57,668 nucleotides of DNA. Origin: a virus (lineage: Duplodnaviria; Caudoviricetes). Shown here in pieces: positions 44,848 to 53,760 of the stretch. The DNA lies in the IMG/VR virus record IMGVR_UViG_3300035703_000107, positions 1 through 57,668 of that record; one strand, given 5' to 3'. The notes below the pieces were generated by a model. It worked only from the letters and a program-made list of their open reading frames with translations. It was not told the DNA's origin and made no database searches. A program made the translations under genes and the position numbers. Positions within the stretch are counted from its first letter, which is position 1, and each line of letters starts with the position of its first letter.

Positions 44848-46025
44848 TATTTTTTCCCTTTAAGAGCTTTGCGCTTACGCTGAACACTGGCTGGCGTATG
44901 CGTCTTGTCTACTACCTTGTCGATATTCTTCTTGCCGATTGCCTTGACGGTATCCGCTGGGAGAACGTACTCACCGTTGGATAGCAGGGCTGGAACCTTG
45001 TCATCGACTGGGCCACCTGGTCCACGCACACCACCAGGGCCTGCATGAATTTTTCCACCGTCAGCAAAGCCAAGAAGCTTGGCGCCAACAGTAGCTCCAC
45101 CACCAGTACCCATGCTGAGACCTGTACCGATCAAGCTACCGATGCCGCGCATTGCACCACCAGCTGCTTGTTGGTTCGCTTGGTAGCCTTGCATACGACC
45201 AGAGAACTCCTGGCCGTAGATATTTCCAGCAGTACCGTATCCACCAATCGCACCTTGGTTTGCTTGAATGGCTGTGTTGTAGCCTTGGTTCATTGCACCA
45301 AGAGATCCTTGCAAGTTCTGACCAACAGAGTTGTTGGCGTTAAGTGCTACACCATAGGCAGTAGAAGAATTACTTGCGAGGTTGCGACCGAGAGAAGCAG
45401 CGTCTTGTAGACGTGCATAACCTAGGTTGTCTGCGTCTTGTCGAGCCTTGGTCTGGGAACCAGCTCGCGCGAGCGCTTCTTGTGTCAATAGGTTTTGATT
45501 GAGAGCAGCAAAGCGACCAGAGTCAGGACGCAAACCAGTTGCTGCCATCTGACGATTCTGTTGTCCGCGAGCTACACCGAACGCTTGAGAGATGTCACCT
45601 GCCGCTTGAGTCGCCATCTGCTCACGCTTGGTATCAGTAGCAAAGTCATAAGCGTCTTGCACCAGTTTCTTTTCCAAGGGACGGAAAGTCTGGCGCTCAT
45701 AGTCGGCATACTCATCAGCTCGTCTTTGATTGGCGTCTGCAATCTTGACTTCATTGTCAACGATCTGATTGTAGAGAGGCTTCATCTCCTCATATTGCTG
45801 ACGATAGAAAGCAAGGGAGTTGGCTGCAATCTCACGCTGAGCGTCTGCAGTTTCCTGAGCAGCTTGAGCTGAGGCGACCATCCCAGGATTGGGATCTGGA
45901 GCCCCGCCGCCCTTACCTCCACCCTCGAGGGTCATCTTCCGACCAAAAGGATTATTCCGCCCGCCAATCGGTTGGAATGCCCGCAGTGGGAGCATGTCAA
46001 ATTCAGTGGTATGCCATCTAGACAT
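44847..46025 (-). CDS. Internal virion / ejection protein
   Basis: GKGGGAP, Gln/Ala/Gly-rich; C-terminal FADGG...GPG...DKVPA.LSNGEYV. Confidence 0.75.
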   Translation of the reverse strand: MSRWHTTEFDMLPLRAFQPIGGRNNPFGRKMTLEGGGKGGGAPDPNPGMVASAQAAQETADAQREIAANSLAFYRQQYEEMKPLYNQIVDNEVKIADANQRRADEYADYERQTFRPLEKKLVQDAYDFATDTKREQMATQAAGDISQAFGVARGQQNRQMAATGLRPDSGRFAALNQNLLTQEALARAGSQTKARQDADNLGYARLQDAASLGRNLASNSSTAYGVALNANNSVGQNLQGSLGAMNQGYNTAIQANQGAIGGYGTAGNIYGQEFSGRMQGYQANQQAAGGAMRGIGSLIGTGLSMGTGGGATVGAKLLGFADGGKIHAGPGGVRGPGGPVDDKVPALLSNGEYVLPADTVKAIGKKNIDKVVDKTHTPASVQRKRKALKGKK

Positions 46026-46031
46026 CTTTTC

Positions 46032-46460
46032 TTACCTTTGTTTATCTTGAGGAATGAAGCGGCAATCCTCTTTGAACATCCGATAGATGATCACGTCGCC
46101 GCCATCACGAGCTGCGCTACTGAGCACAGCCTCCTGTTGGAAACCTAAGTGCTCATCAAAGCGTCTAGCGTCGGTATTGCTTACTTCAACCCAACCAGAA
46201 ACACGCTTACAGTTGAGTTGAATAAATGGATATGCAAAACAGGCTTTCAGATACATCCTGTTAAGCCAGTTGCTATTGGGTTTTGCTGCAACGTGCATCC
46301 AAATATTGGAGCCGTTGAAGTCGTCATACAGGACACCAGCAATCAGTTCGCCATCTCGCTCGAGTCCTATACCTTGTTGCCCAGCCGATCGAACCAGAGG
46401 GAAGAAGCCAGTCACAAATTTGTAGACTGGTTCAACCTCTAGTATCAGCTGTGTCGTCAT
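46032..46460 (-). CDS. GNAT-fold protein in the virion module
   Basis: F.YPF.QL.C.RV.G.V...N..A..FDEHLGF..E. Confidence 0.75.
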   Translation of the reverse strand: MTTQLILEVEPVYKFVTGFFPLVRSAGQQGIGLERDGELIAGVLYDDFNGSNIWMHVAAKPNSNWLNRMYLKACFAYPFIQLNCKRVSGWVEVSNTDARRFDEHLGFQQEAVLSSAARDGGDVIIYRMFKEDCRFIPQDKQR

Positions 46461-46648
46461 GCGTTCAGGCGGTCTATTACTTCATTTATTTTACTAATAA
46501 CTTCCGCCAATGTAGCACTAGTGTTTAGCTTTGTTAAGGAACCGCCTCTAGTGCCAGTCAAGATCTCAACGTTCTCTTTCAGTGGTCTCAAAAGCGCTGC
46601 TACATGCTGGTCAGATACGTTAACCGCGGGGATAGCAGGCTTCTTCAT
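46457..46648 (-). CDS. Small virion protein
   Basis: KENVEILTG.R motif; coupled to neighbours. Confidence 0.65.
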   Translation of the reverse strand: MKKPAIPAVNVSDQHVAALLRPLKENVEILTGTRGGSLTKLNTSATLAEVISKINEVIDRLNA

Positions 46649-48456
46649 AGCGTCTTCAACTCTTTCACTGTCTCAGCCATCTTGAGGTAGCGGAGTTCGA
46701 TGTTGCCGTTGACCTTGATCACAAAGCTCTGACCCTTGTGGCCAGACGGTAGGCGGTAAACACCACGTTGGGTGTACTGACCCGTATAGATGAGCTCGTC
46801 ATCGCAACTCACCTCAACCAGGAGATAGCGATCGTCTACGTTTTCAGGAATGTCGTTCAGAATTGAGCCATTCATGCCAAAGTAGTTGAGCACCTGTGAG
46901 CCAAACATACCTTGCAGAGGAACATTAGAAGCCCAGATCGCCTGGTTCTGAGCAATGAGCTGCGCTACCCTTTCCTGCAGGATCTCAGCCTCTTCAATGC
47001 TGTCAAAGTCTGCTTCGACTTCTATTGCACCGAGGTTGGCTGGGGCTGTGAACACAAAGCGTTTGGATACCCACTCGTAAGGGAGGTTGTTATAGAGGTC
47101 GCCTTCCCATTCCTTGATCTCACTCTCCTCCACGACGTACATGTTCCCGTCTTCAGGATCTACGAAACAGGCCTGAGCTACCAGAGTAGTCAAGCTCAGC
47201 GGGGTAGCAGAGAGGTTTCGGTCTAGGATGAAAGCGCCGTCTGCAATCGTTTCGGTACCGTCATTGAAGAATCCAAAGTATTTACCAGCGAAGAAAGCAG
47301 AACGTAGCGTCTGAGGATTGAACTTCTCAAAGTCGTTCTTCAGCATCACATTGCCAGTCATGAGACCAGCCTGACCTGGGCCGATACCGACTAGACCGTT
47401 TGGACTGGCGTAGGTGACACCTGTGTTGTCTGAGGTGATCGATCGCTTGGCTACGCATGGCTCGAGGATGGCGACCTTTTCCAAGGTCATGCTCTCTGGA
47501 GTTACACCAGAGGCTACATAGGGATAACCCTTAGTCATCACAGCAATGGATTGACCGAAGGCTGCAATGCCTACGATGTCGTAGCCTACGTTGATCTGAT
47601 AGGTGGACGGCCAGGCATGAGGTGCATTCACCTCAGAGAAGCACAGCGTCTGTCCAAAGAAACCAGCCAAGAAGCCGTTAGGCAAGGCGATCACACCCTT
47701 CATGTTGCTGGGGGGTTCTTCATAGAATTGACTTGCCAGAACCTCTCCTAAGCCCGCAGAAGACACGTTGTCGGTATAGGTGGTGGTAGCCACAGGCAGC
47801 TCAGTAACGAACTGAAACTGAGTGGAACCAGTACCAGCGACCGATCGGTAGATCCTGCGCTTGGTGATATTCAGGTTTGAGGTAGGCGCAGTACCGAAAT
47901 TGTTTACAGTTACGGTGTCACCCGTACCGCAGAGAACCTCTGCAGATACAGGGCTAGGTGCGCTTTCCTCCTCGATCCCGCCATAGCTATTGATGTAGGT
48001 AAAGACGTAGACGCGGGTCTCAGGTGATGCGCCCGAACCATTACGGGCTACGGTAGGTGCCTGAGTTGGAGCTGGCACACCCATCTTGTAGTAGGCAGCT
48101 GGAGACGTACCTTCCGTGCTACCGCACAGAGTTGAGTTGGTTTTCTTGGGTACTCCATCTCCTGTGTAGAAGATGTTCATGTACTCAGATCCAGGTATCG
48201 GACTCTTGGCTACGTCAACGTCGTTGTCCCATGCAATCCAGCGGGCATCGTTTGAGGTATCGCGCCCTTTGTAAATGGTCGTGGTGTTCTCTGAAACAAA
48301 AACAGGAACATCGAGGGATCCTGGTTTATTCCAAGCACGCAAGTCTCCTGCATAGAGCTTGGTGTTTAGGGCTTTCTGCGCCTCGTTGTCATTCAACAGA
48401 TGAGGTGCAACGCGGGGTACATACCCGCCCATCGCCATTAGTTTCAGACCTGCCAT
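46645..48456 (-). CDS. Tail nozzle / tubular protein B-like
   Basis: 603 aa; LPNG.LAGF...FSE...PHAWP..Y, YASPNGLV, Y.W.SK.F. Confidence 0.75.
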   Translation of the reverse strand: MAGLKLMAMGGYVPRVAPHLLNDNEAQKALNTKLYAGDLRAWNKPGSLDVPVFVSENTTTIYKGRDTSNDARWIAWDNDVDVAKSPIPGSEYMNIFYTGDGVPKKTNSTLCGSTEGTSPAAYYKMGVPAPTQAPTVARNGSGASPETRVYVFTYINSYGGIEEESAPSPVSAEVLCGTGDTVTVNNFGTAPTSNLNITKRRIYRSVAGTGSTQFQFVTELPVATTTYTDNVSSAGLGEVLASQFYEEPPSNMKGVIALPNGFLAGFFGQTLCFSEVNAPHAWPSTYQINVGYDIVGIAAFGQSIAVMTKGYPYVASGVTPESMTLEKVAILEPCVAKRSITSDNTGVTYASPNGLVGIGPGQAGLMTGNVMLKNDFEKFNPQTLRSAFFAGKYFGFFNDGTETIADGAFILDRNLSATPLSLTTLVAQACFVDPEDGNMYVVEESEIKEWEGDLYNNLPYEWVSKRFVFTAPANLGAIEVEADFDSIEEAEILQERVAQLIAQNQAIWASNVPLQGMFGSQVLNYFGMNGSILNDIPENVDDRYLLVEVSCDDELIYTGQYTQRGVYRLPSGHKGQSFVIKVNGNIELRYLKMAETVKELKTL

Positions 48457-48923
48457 CAGTTCCTCTTAATTAATTCAATCTCAGCTTCTCTCCTAGCCAC
48501 CAGGCCAGGTAATCGTTTGCCACCACCGTTTACCCACTTGCGTAGTTCGTAGATGGCTTCACTCCAATTGCCTTGGTTTATTCGCCGTCTGAGTGTGGAG
48601 GCTTGTAGCCGCCCAACCCCCAGGTTGTAAGCGAAATCAACGATAGCTGCCAATTTCTCAGGAGACTCAAATACCAATCCAGGACAGCATCGGTAGACCC
48701 CAGGGGCATAGGTAGCCAGTAGTTCATGATTCAGTAACGCCCTTGCTTCAGGTTCAGTAATAGGTGGATCTTGCATGGTGACCTTTCGGCCATCAGCGTA
48801 GTAGGTAGATCCGTAGCCGATTGTTGGAACCCCAGCGGGGCAGATGTAAGGCTTAGCGCGAAACCCTTCGAATCGGCGGCAAAGGGTAGCTGCTAGCTCA
48901 ATGGCTCTCGCGTCGGATAACAC
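48456..48923 (-). CDS. Endolysin, GH24 lysozyme
   Basis: FEG....Y.CPAGVPTIGYGST, DFAYNLG, LPGLVARREAE; start uncertain. Confidence 0.92.
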   Translation of the reverse strand: MLSDARAIELAATLCRRFEGFRAKPYICPAGVPTIGYGSTYYADGRKVTMQDPPITEPEARALLNHELLATYAPGVYRCCPGLVFESPEKLAAIVDFAYNLGVGRLQASTLRRRINQGNWSEAIYELRKWVNGGGKRLPGLVARREAEIELIKRN

Positions 48924-49368
48924 GATCGAGGAACCAGAAAGTAAATAGCCCACTGCAGATCGCCTTCTCGTCAGGACCAAAGGTATTGACTAGGGCTTGC
49001 AGAGGAGCGACGCCAGCCTGGACTGCGAGCAAGAAGCTAGCAACCAAGAAGCTGGGATACAGGATCAGGAGCCATTGGGTTGTGATGAGAGGACGCATCA
49101 GAGCGTTCCATGCATCTACCCACCTGACACCTGTAGGTTGAGCTTGAGCTTTGGCGACTTCCATGATTGCGTTCATGTGTGCCATGTCAGCTTGGACATT
49201 CACCTCATTCATCTTCAGGTTGCCCTGGAGTTTCATGAGTTCCATTTGTTGTTGACCAAGCTTGAGCTCATGCTCGCGTTCATTCTTCCGATCCCAGAGT
49301 TTTAGACCCTCAGGAATCAGACGGAAGATACCGCCGAACAAACCACCAAGAATCGAAAACGGATCCAT
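48898..49368 (-). CDS. Holin-like membrane protein
   Basis: Hydrophobic N-terminus, coiled coil, MRP.IT, FWF.DR; adjacent to the lysozyme. Confidence 0.7.
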   Translation of the reverse strand: MDPFSILGGLFGGIFRLIPEGLKLWDRKNEREHELKLGQQQMELMKLQGNLKMNEVNVQADMAHMNAIMEVAKAQAQPTGVRWVDAWNALMRPLITTQWLLILYPSFLVASFLLAVQAGVAPLQALVNTFGPDEKAICSGLFTFWFLDRVIRRESH

Positions 49369-49583
49369 TACTTCGCCTTCTTCTTTGGGGCTTTGATAGC
49401 AGTACGTTTTTTCGTAGCTGCCTCAGGAGTCTTGCGAGGACGACCACGCTTTGGCTTGGTAGCAGGTACGTGACCAACAGGAAACGGCCATGCGCGCAGA
49501 TGTGCAGGAGTCGGATCAGCTGGGAAGAGCTTCTCCTTCAGCTTTGCTTTGATGTTGTTGTAGATGTCGAATAGAAAGTACAT
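49368..49583 (-). CDS. Small basic protein with AT-hook
   Basis: KRGRPRK; Lys-rich tail. Confidence 0.65.
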   Translation of the reverse strand: MYFLFDIYNNIKAKLKEKLFPADPTPAHLRAWPFPVGHVPATKPKRGRPRKTPEAATKKRTAIKAPKKKAK

Positions 49584-49585
49584 GT

Positions 49586-50530
49586 TTACACCTTTACTTG
49601 TTTGCCACGGAAGTACGCCTTCTCATTTACTACGAAACAGAACTCAGGATGCAGAAGGATTCCATCCTCGATCGTTAATACTGCGAACCCAGAACAATGG
49701 TTCATTGGGTTGTCTTCTCCGTAGTGCATGTGATCTCCGTGTGTATCTGCCAACGTTCCACAGTCAATGCCCCACCGCGCGCCGCCATAGTCATTGATGA
49801 TGGTGGCTTGCAATCGGTGTAAATGACCCGTGCACATAGACACGCCGCTATAAAGAGTATTGTTCCAAGTGGCATGAGTACCATTCCTAAATCGGTGTTT
49901 GATCATCAAGCTTTGATTGACGAACAAACTAATGCTGATGTTCCAACCTGGGAAATGATCACCAAGCGTGAAGCCTTGAACACCAGCAAACTCAGGAACC
50001 ATATTCGCTAGCTTCGTATCGAATCGCATGTCGTGATTGCCGAGGCACCACCAGGTCTTTGCGTTTGCGGATGCCTGCTTAATCTCAAACAGGCGGTCGG
50101 AAACGGCCTCCAGCTCTTCTTTCACTGAAGGTGGCCTGGACCAGTCGGATTTGGGAAAACGACTGATTGATGCGCCATCAAAGAGATCTCCGTTCATCAC
50201 TACGAGATCTGGCTTGATGTCTTTAATTACTTGGACAAATGCTTTATGTGCTGTGCTGATAACACCAGGCCAATAATGAGCGTCGGATCCCACTACAATC
50301 ACACCGCTATCGATTTCACAATCCACTCGAGGGGAATGTTCGCGTCTTACGAAGGTAGGTGATCGGGGATCGTCTACGCCTAGATGGATGTTGTAGCGCT
50401 CTTCAACTCGCTGTCGTCGCCTGTGCAAGCCACGCAAACCAACATCTAGTTCTTTTGCGACTGCTGCTGCGTTGCGATGTTTATTCCATATTTCTATGAA
50501 CTTTTCGTCACTTACTTTGGGAGTTGGCAT
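49586..50530 (-). CDS. Calcineurin-like metallophosphoesterase with N-terminal HTH
   Basis: SDAH, NGDLFD, GNHD, KH, GHLH. Confidence 0.88.
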   Translation of the reverse strand: MPTPKVSDEKFIEIWNKHRNAAAVAKELDVGLRGLHRRRQRVEERYNIHLGVDDPRSPTFVRREHSPRVDCEIDSGVIVVGSDAHYWPGVISTAHKAFVQVIKDIKPDLVVMNGDLFDGASISRFPKSDWSRPPSVKEELEAVSDRLFEIKQASANAKTWWCLGNHDMRFDTKLANMVPEFAGVQGFTLGDHFPGWNISISLFVNQSLMIKHRFRNGTHATWNNTLYSGVSMCTGHLHRLQATIINDYGGARWGIDCGTLADTHGDHMHYGEDNPMNHCSGFAVLTIEDGILLHPEFCFVVNEKAYFRGKQVKV

Positions 50531-50801
50531 ATCTTGCTATTGGTTGTTGTAAAACTGTAGTGTGGATGATCATGCCTTTTGGAATCGTGAGTGTTTGGGC
50601 GTGATTGTCCAAAGAGAAAGTCTGGCAGACCTTCACTTGTGTCTTGGTTTCTTTCAGAAGCCAGCCAACTGTCCAGCAGTTGAGCACCTCTTCTTTGTCG
50701 TCAATGTCGTTGCTATCCTGCCAGCCGAACTCATGCTCGGCATCTAGCCATTCGATCAAGACTAGAGCTGGTGTCTTTATCGAGGGAGTATTGGGAGCCA
50801 C
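50508..50801 (-). CDS. Conserved phage protein (start uncertain)
   Basis: V.IEW.DA....W...C.TVGWL...IPKGMI. Confidence 0.65.
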   Translation of the reverse strand: MAPNTPSIKTPALVLIEWLDAEHEFGWQDSNDIDDKEEVLNCWTVGWLLKETKTQVKVCQTFSLDNHAQTLTIPKGMIIHTTVLQQPIARYANSQSK

Positions 50802-51019
50802 GTTAGAATTTTTACGATTAGTCCGCCCGCTGCTGCTGACGCTCCGCTTATGAACATTAGTGTTTTCCATCCGCCTTTTGCCTCTGACAATGTGTGTTGA
50901 ATACTGGAGAGCTGAGCCATCACCGTCCTGAGGTCATGCTGCAGTTGATCTACTCGATCGTTTAACGCATCGATCTGCGCGTCATGTTTTCCTAGGTCAC
51001 GTTGAATCTCTTCACTCAT
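50777..51019 (-). CDS. Coiled-coil plus TM protein (holin-like)
   Basis: RDLG.H.A.I..L...KGGWK followed by a hydrophobic helix. Confidence 0.65.
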   Translation of the reverse strand: MSEEIQRDLGKHDAQIDALNDRVDQLQHDLRTVMAQLSSIQHTLSEAKGGWKTLMFISGASAAAGGLIVKILTWLPILPR

Positions 51020-51097
51020 TTAGCTACCGAATATGTTTATTTCTGCTGCATAACAGCATTGTTAATATTAAGAATTAAATTGCAATAGGTACTTACC

Positions 51098-52096
51098 CTA
51101 ACTCTTGATGATGTAGTTGATCGCAAAGTAGGGAGGTAGGTTTGCATTAGTACCCGACTGTCCAGTATTGGAGATCGTGGTACTAACTTGAATGTTGGTA
51201 ACAGCAGCACCAGTCAAGGCGCTAGAATTAATAGCGCCATGAATCTGCGAGCCAAGAGTTCCGTTGTAAGGAATCAAGTTAATGCTGTGGTTGTGGCCTG
51301 GGTCGTAAACCGCAGAGGTTGCAGCATGGGTGTGGTCAACCACAATCGCGTCTTTGCTACCGCCAGTTGCCGCTAGTGCGTATTGGTCACCAGAACCAAT
51401 CGGCATACGGTTGACGTAGTTGGGTACGTTAAAGGTGGTAGCGCCGTCACCAGCACCAAAGGTGGTGCCAATGATTGCAAACAAGGCGGCATAGGTCGCT
51501 CTCGAGATGGCTTGACCGTTACAGACCAGCCAGCCAGTTGGAGCGCTAGCCGAAGGCCACATCGTCACAGATCCCGTCGGACTGCCGTTGACCTGTACAA
51601 AGGCAGTGGTAGCCACCTGAGTACTATTGGTACCAGCTGCTGCAGTAGGAGCAGTCGGAGTACCCGTCATGACAGGAGAAGCTAGAGTCGCTACTCCAGT
51701 GAAGTTATTCGTACCGCTAAAGGTGTTGTTCCCGCTATGGGTGTTATTTCCGCTTAGCGTGTTGTTGCCACTCAGAGTCTGGTTGGATGCTAGCTGAGCA
51801 AAGGAATCGAGCGCAGCTGCGACTGGGCGTAGCTCTACACGATCGCCAGCGGTATAAGCACGAGCAAGAGTGCCGTCCTGGCCGCGCACCGCGGTGAAGG
51901 TGTCAGATGCCCTTGCGGTGACCTTGATGATCTCGAGGTTGTTGCTCGAGTCCACCAGAGTGGCGAAGAACACGTCTCCTGCGCTGAGCGTAGGAAACAG
52001 AGAGCCCTGCCCTGCCGTAACGACGATCGACGTAGCAGAGCTATTGATCGAGGTTGCCAGTGTTGCAGAGGCGTTATTCGTAAACTTAGTTGCCAT
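51098..52096 (-). CDS. Tail fibre with phage tail collar domain
   Basis: True start MATKFTNNA; SPVMTGTPTAPT; PTGS..MW....PTGWLVCNG..ISR..YA.LFA.IGT.FG.GDG.TTFN.P; NLPPY.A.NYIIK. Confidence 0.88.
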   Translation of the reverse strand: MATKFTNNASATLATSINSSATSIVVTAGQGSLFPTLSAGDVFFATLVDSSNNLEIIKVTARASDTFTAVRGQDGTLARAYTAGDRVELRPVAAALDSFAQLASNQTLSGNNTLSGNNTHSGNNTFSGTNNFTGVATLASPVMTGTPTAPTAAAGTNSTQVATTAFVQVNGSPTGSVTMWPSASAPTGWLVCNGQAISRATYAALFAIIGTTFGAGDGATTFNVPNYVNRMPIGSGDQYALAATGGSKDAIVVDHTHAATSAVYDPGHNHSINLIPYNGTLGSQIHGAINSSALTGAAVTNIQVSTTISNTGQSGTNANLPPYFAINYIIKS

Positions 52097-52109
52097 ATTA
52101 GTATTCCTG

Positions 52110-52256
52110 TTATTCGTCGGCAGGCAAAGGCTGGTTGCCTTCAGCAAGCCATGCTAGGTACTGCTGGTAATCGGTGTTGGCTGGGTCGAATGGTATTGAT
52201 GCACCATCTGACAATCTACGCACCACATTGAGTTGGTCATTAACTAATTTATACAT
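52110..52256 (-). CDS. 48-aa tail-fibre accessory protein (absent from the ORF track)
   Basis: GGGAG RBS; [48 protein letters not shown]. Confidence 0.8.
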   Translation of the reverse strand: MYKLVNDQLNVVRRLSDGASIPFDPANTDYQQYLAWLAEGNQPLPADE

Positions 52257-52265
52257 CAGTCTCCC

Positions 52266-53231
52266 TTATAGTTCTATTGATGCAACAAATTGACAAATAA
52301 CTGGTGTTCCCACAGTAAATGTCGTACTGCTCTTAGTTACATTAAGAAAACCACTCATAGATATATTGCCAGCAGTTGCCGCCAATCCATTTGCTATTGC
52401 GGGTTGACTTACATTTCCACTAGAGCCCAGTGAATCATATAAAGTGACAGTCGGTGCGGCTCTCATTGCAGTTGGAAATATTCCAGTTCCATAAGAGGTA
52501 GCATTGTTAGCAGATGGCAATACCTGTCCCGCATACCCGCCACCAATATTTGTAAATGAACCAAAGCCCCAAGTTTGATAGTAATACCTCTGGCACATAG
52601 CCAGTTCGTTTCCAAACGGGCGACGTTCTATTTCGCTTGGCTGATTGCCAGGCGCAAGCTGAACCCCAGTGATGAATGTCGTCTGACCAGCTGCTAGAGC
52701 GCCAGTCGAGATCGTGAGCTGCAGTCCTGTGGTTGCTGCCGCTGGGATTGCTACCGTAGCGGAGTAACGGTTAGCCGTACTGGTGATCGTCCAGGATCCA
52801 GTGGTGATCAACGTAAGACCGCTGTAGTTGTCGTTAGCAGTCGGGTAGTACAACGCCCAGCTCAACGTAGTAGCCGTTGCTGAATAGGCGCTGATCGAGA
52901 TATTCGCTGTGGTGCCAGCCAGGTCCGCGCAGTTGTTGCGCTCGATGCGTTGGCTAGCGGTGAGGTTGGTTACGCCCGATGCACCAGTGAGGGCGAGACC
53001 AGAGATGAATCCGAATCCTGCTGGCCAGCCTGATTGCTGTGCTGTGCCAGTGGCTCCAGCGGACTGCATTAACCAGCGATCGGTGCCATACGCTGGGCTA
53101 GTACTGACGTTGTGAGCTGCGCCTGAGTTACGTTGATCGATCTGGAAGAACGGATTGATGATTCGGTTCTTGAACGACAAAGTAGCTGCGTTGCTATCTA
53201 GTAGTCCTGGGGATACTTGGGTTAATGGCAT
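52266..53231 (-). CDS. Tail fibre / carbohydrate-binding protein
   Basis: FKNRIIN..F.IDQR, DRW, QRIE, ITGVQL, EL..CQRYY, MRAAPT. Confidence 0.8.
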   Translation of the reverse strand: MPLTQVSPGLLDSNAATLSFKNRIINPFFQIDQRNSGAAHNVSTSPAYGTDRWLMQSAGATGTAQQSGWPAGFGFISGLALTGASGVTNLTASQRIERNNCADLAGTTANISISAYSATATTLSWALYYPTANDNYSGLTLITTGSWTITSTANRYSATVAIPAAATTGLQLTISTGALAAGQTTFITGVQLAPGNQPSEIERRPFGNELAMCQRYYYQTWGFGSFTNIGGGYAGQVLPSANNATSYGTGIFPTAMRAAPTVTLYDSLGSSGNVSQPAIANGLAATAGNISMSGFLNVTKSSTTFTVGTPVICQFVASIEL

Positions 53232-53755
53232 TACTCCCCTTCTGACGATACTGCGTCTTCAACTACTGGCTCTACATAATTGGGGTCATGTGGCCAGCTC
53301 ACGTTACTCACTGCTGTTGCTACTGCATCTACGTCTGTTGCTGCTTCGATATTAGTCACCGCGATATCACAGGTCGAGCGAATAGAAGCTCGCCAGGTAT
53401 TCCAAGCGGGATCAATCGGAGTCGAGGTCTCCAAAGCCTTGACCACCATCCAGTCGGTGGGGAGAAGCAAGGAATAGGCAGATGCTCTGAGCTGGGTAAC
53501 CGCGGAGGTCTTGACCTGGGCAAGATCCTTGGGCGTGTTCACGTATGTGAGCGTGGCACCCTCGAGCTCCTGGCTAACCCAGTAGTAGCGATCGTCGCCA
53601 GGTGAGTTGGTGGCGACTACTTCCTCGAGGCCAAGAGCCGACTTGTCTTCAGCAGACGAGAGGTTCAGCCAATTCGCTGGGTACTGGACACCATCAATAT
53701 CGAAGGCGTTGCCTTCTTGGATGTAGGTGTTAGTCGTCGTTGAATAGAACATCAT
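53231..53755 (-). CDS. Tail fibre assembly chaperone-like protein
   Basis: QYPANWL, LL.PTDWMV.K, R..IR, WP.DP. Confidence 0.7.
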   Translation of the reverse strand: MMFYSTTTNTYIQEGNAFDIDGVQYPANWLNLSSAEDKSALGLEEVVATNSPGDDRYYWVSQELEGATLTYVNTPKDLAQVKTSAVTQLRASAYSLLLPTDWMVVKALETSTPIDPAWNTWRASIRSTCDIAVTNIEAATDVDAVATAVSNVSWPHDPNYVEPVVEDAVSSEGE

Positions 53756-53760
53756 ATTTC

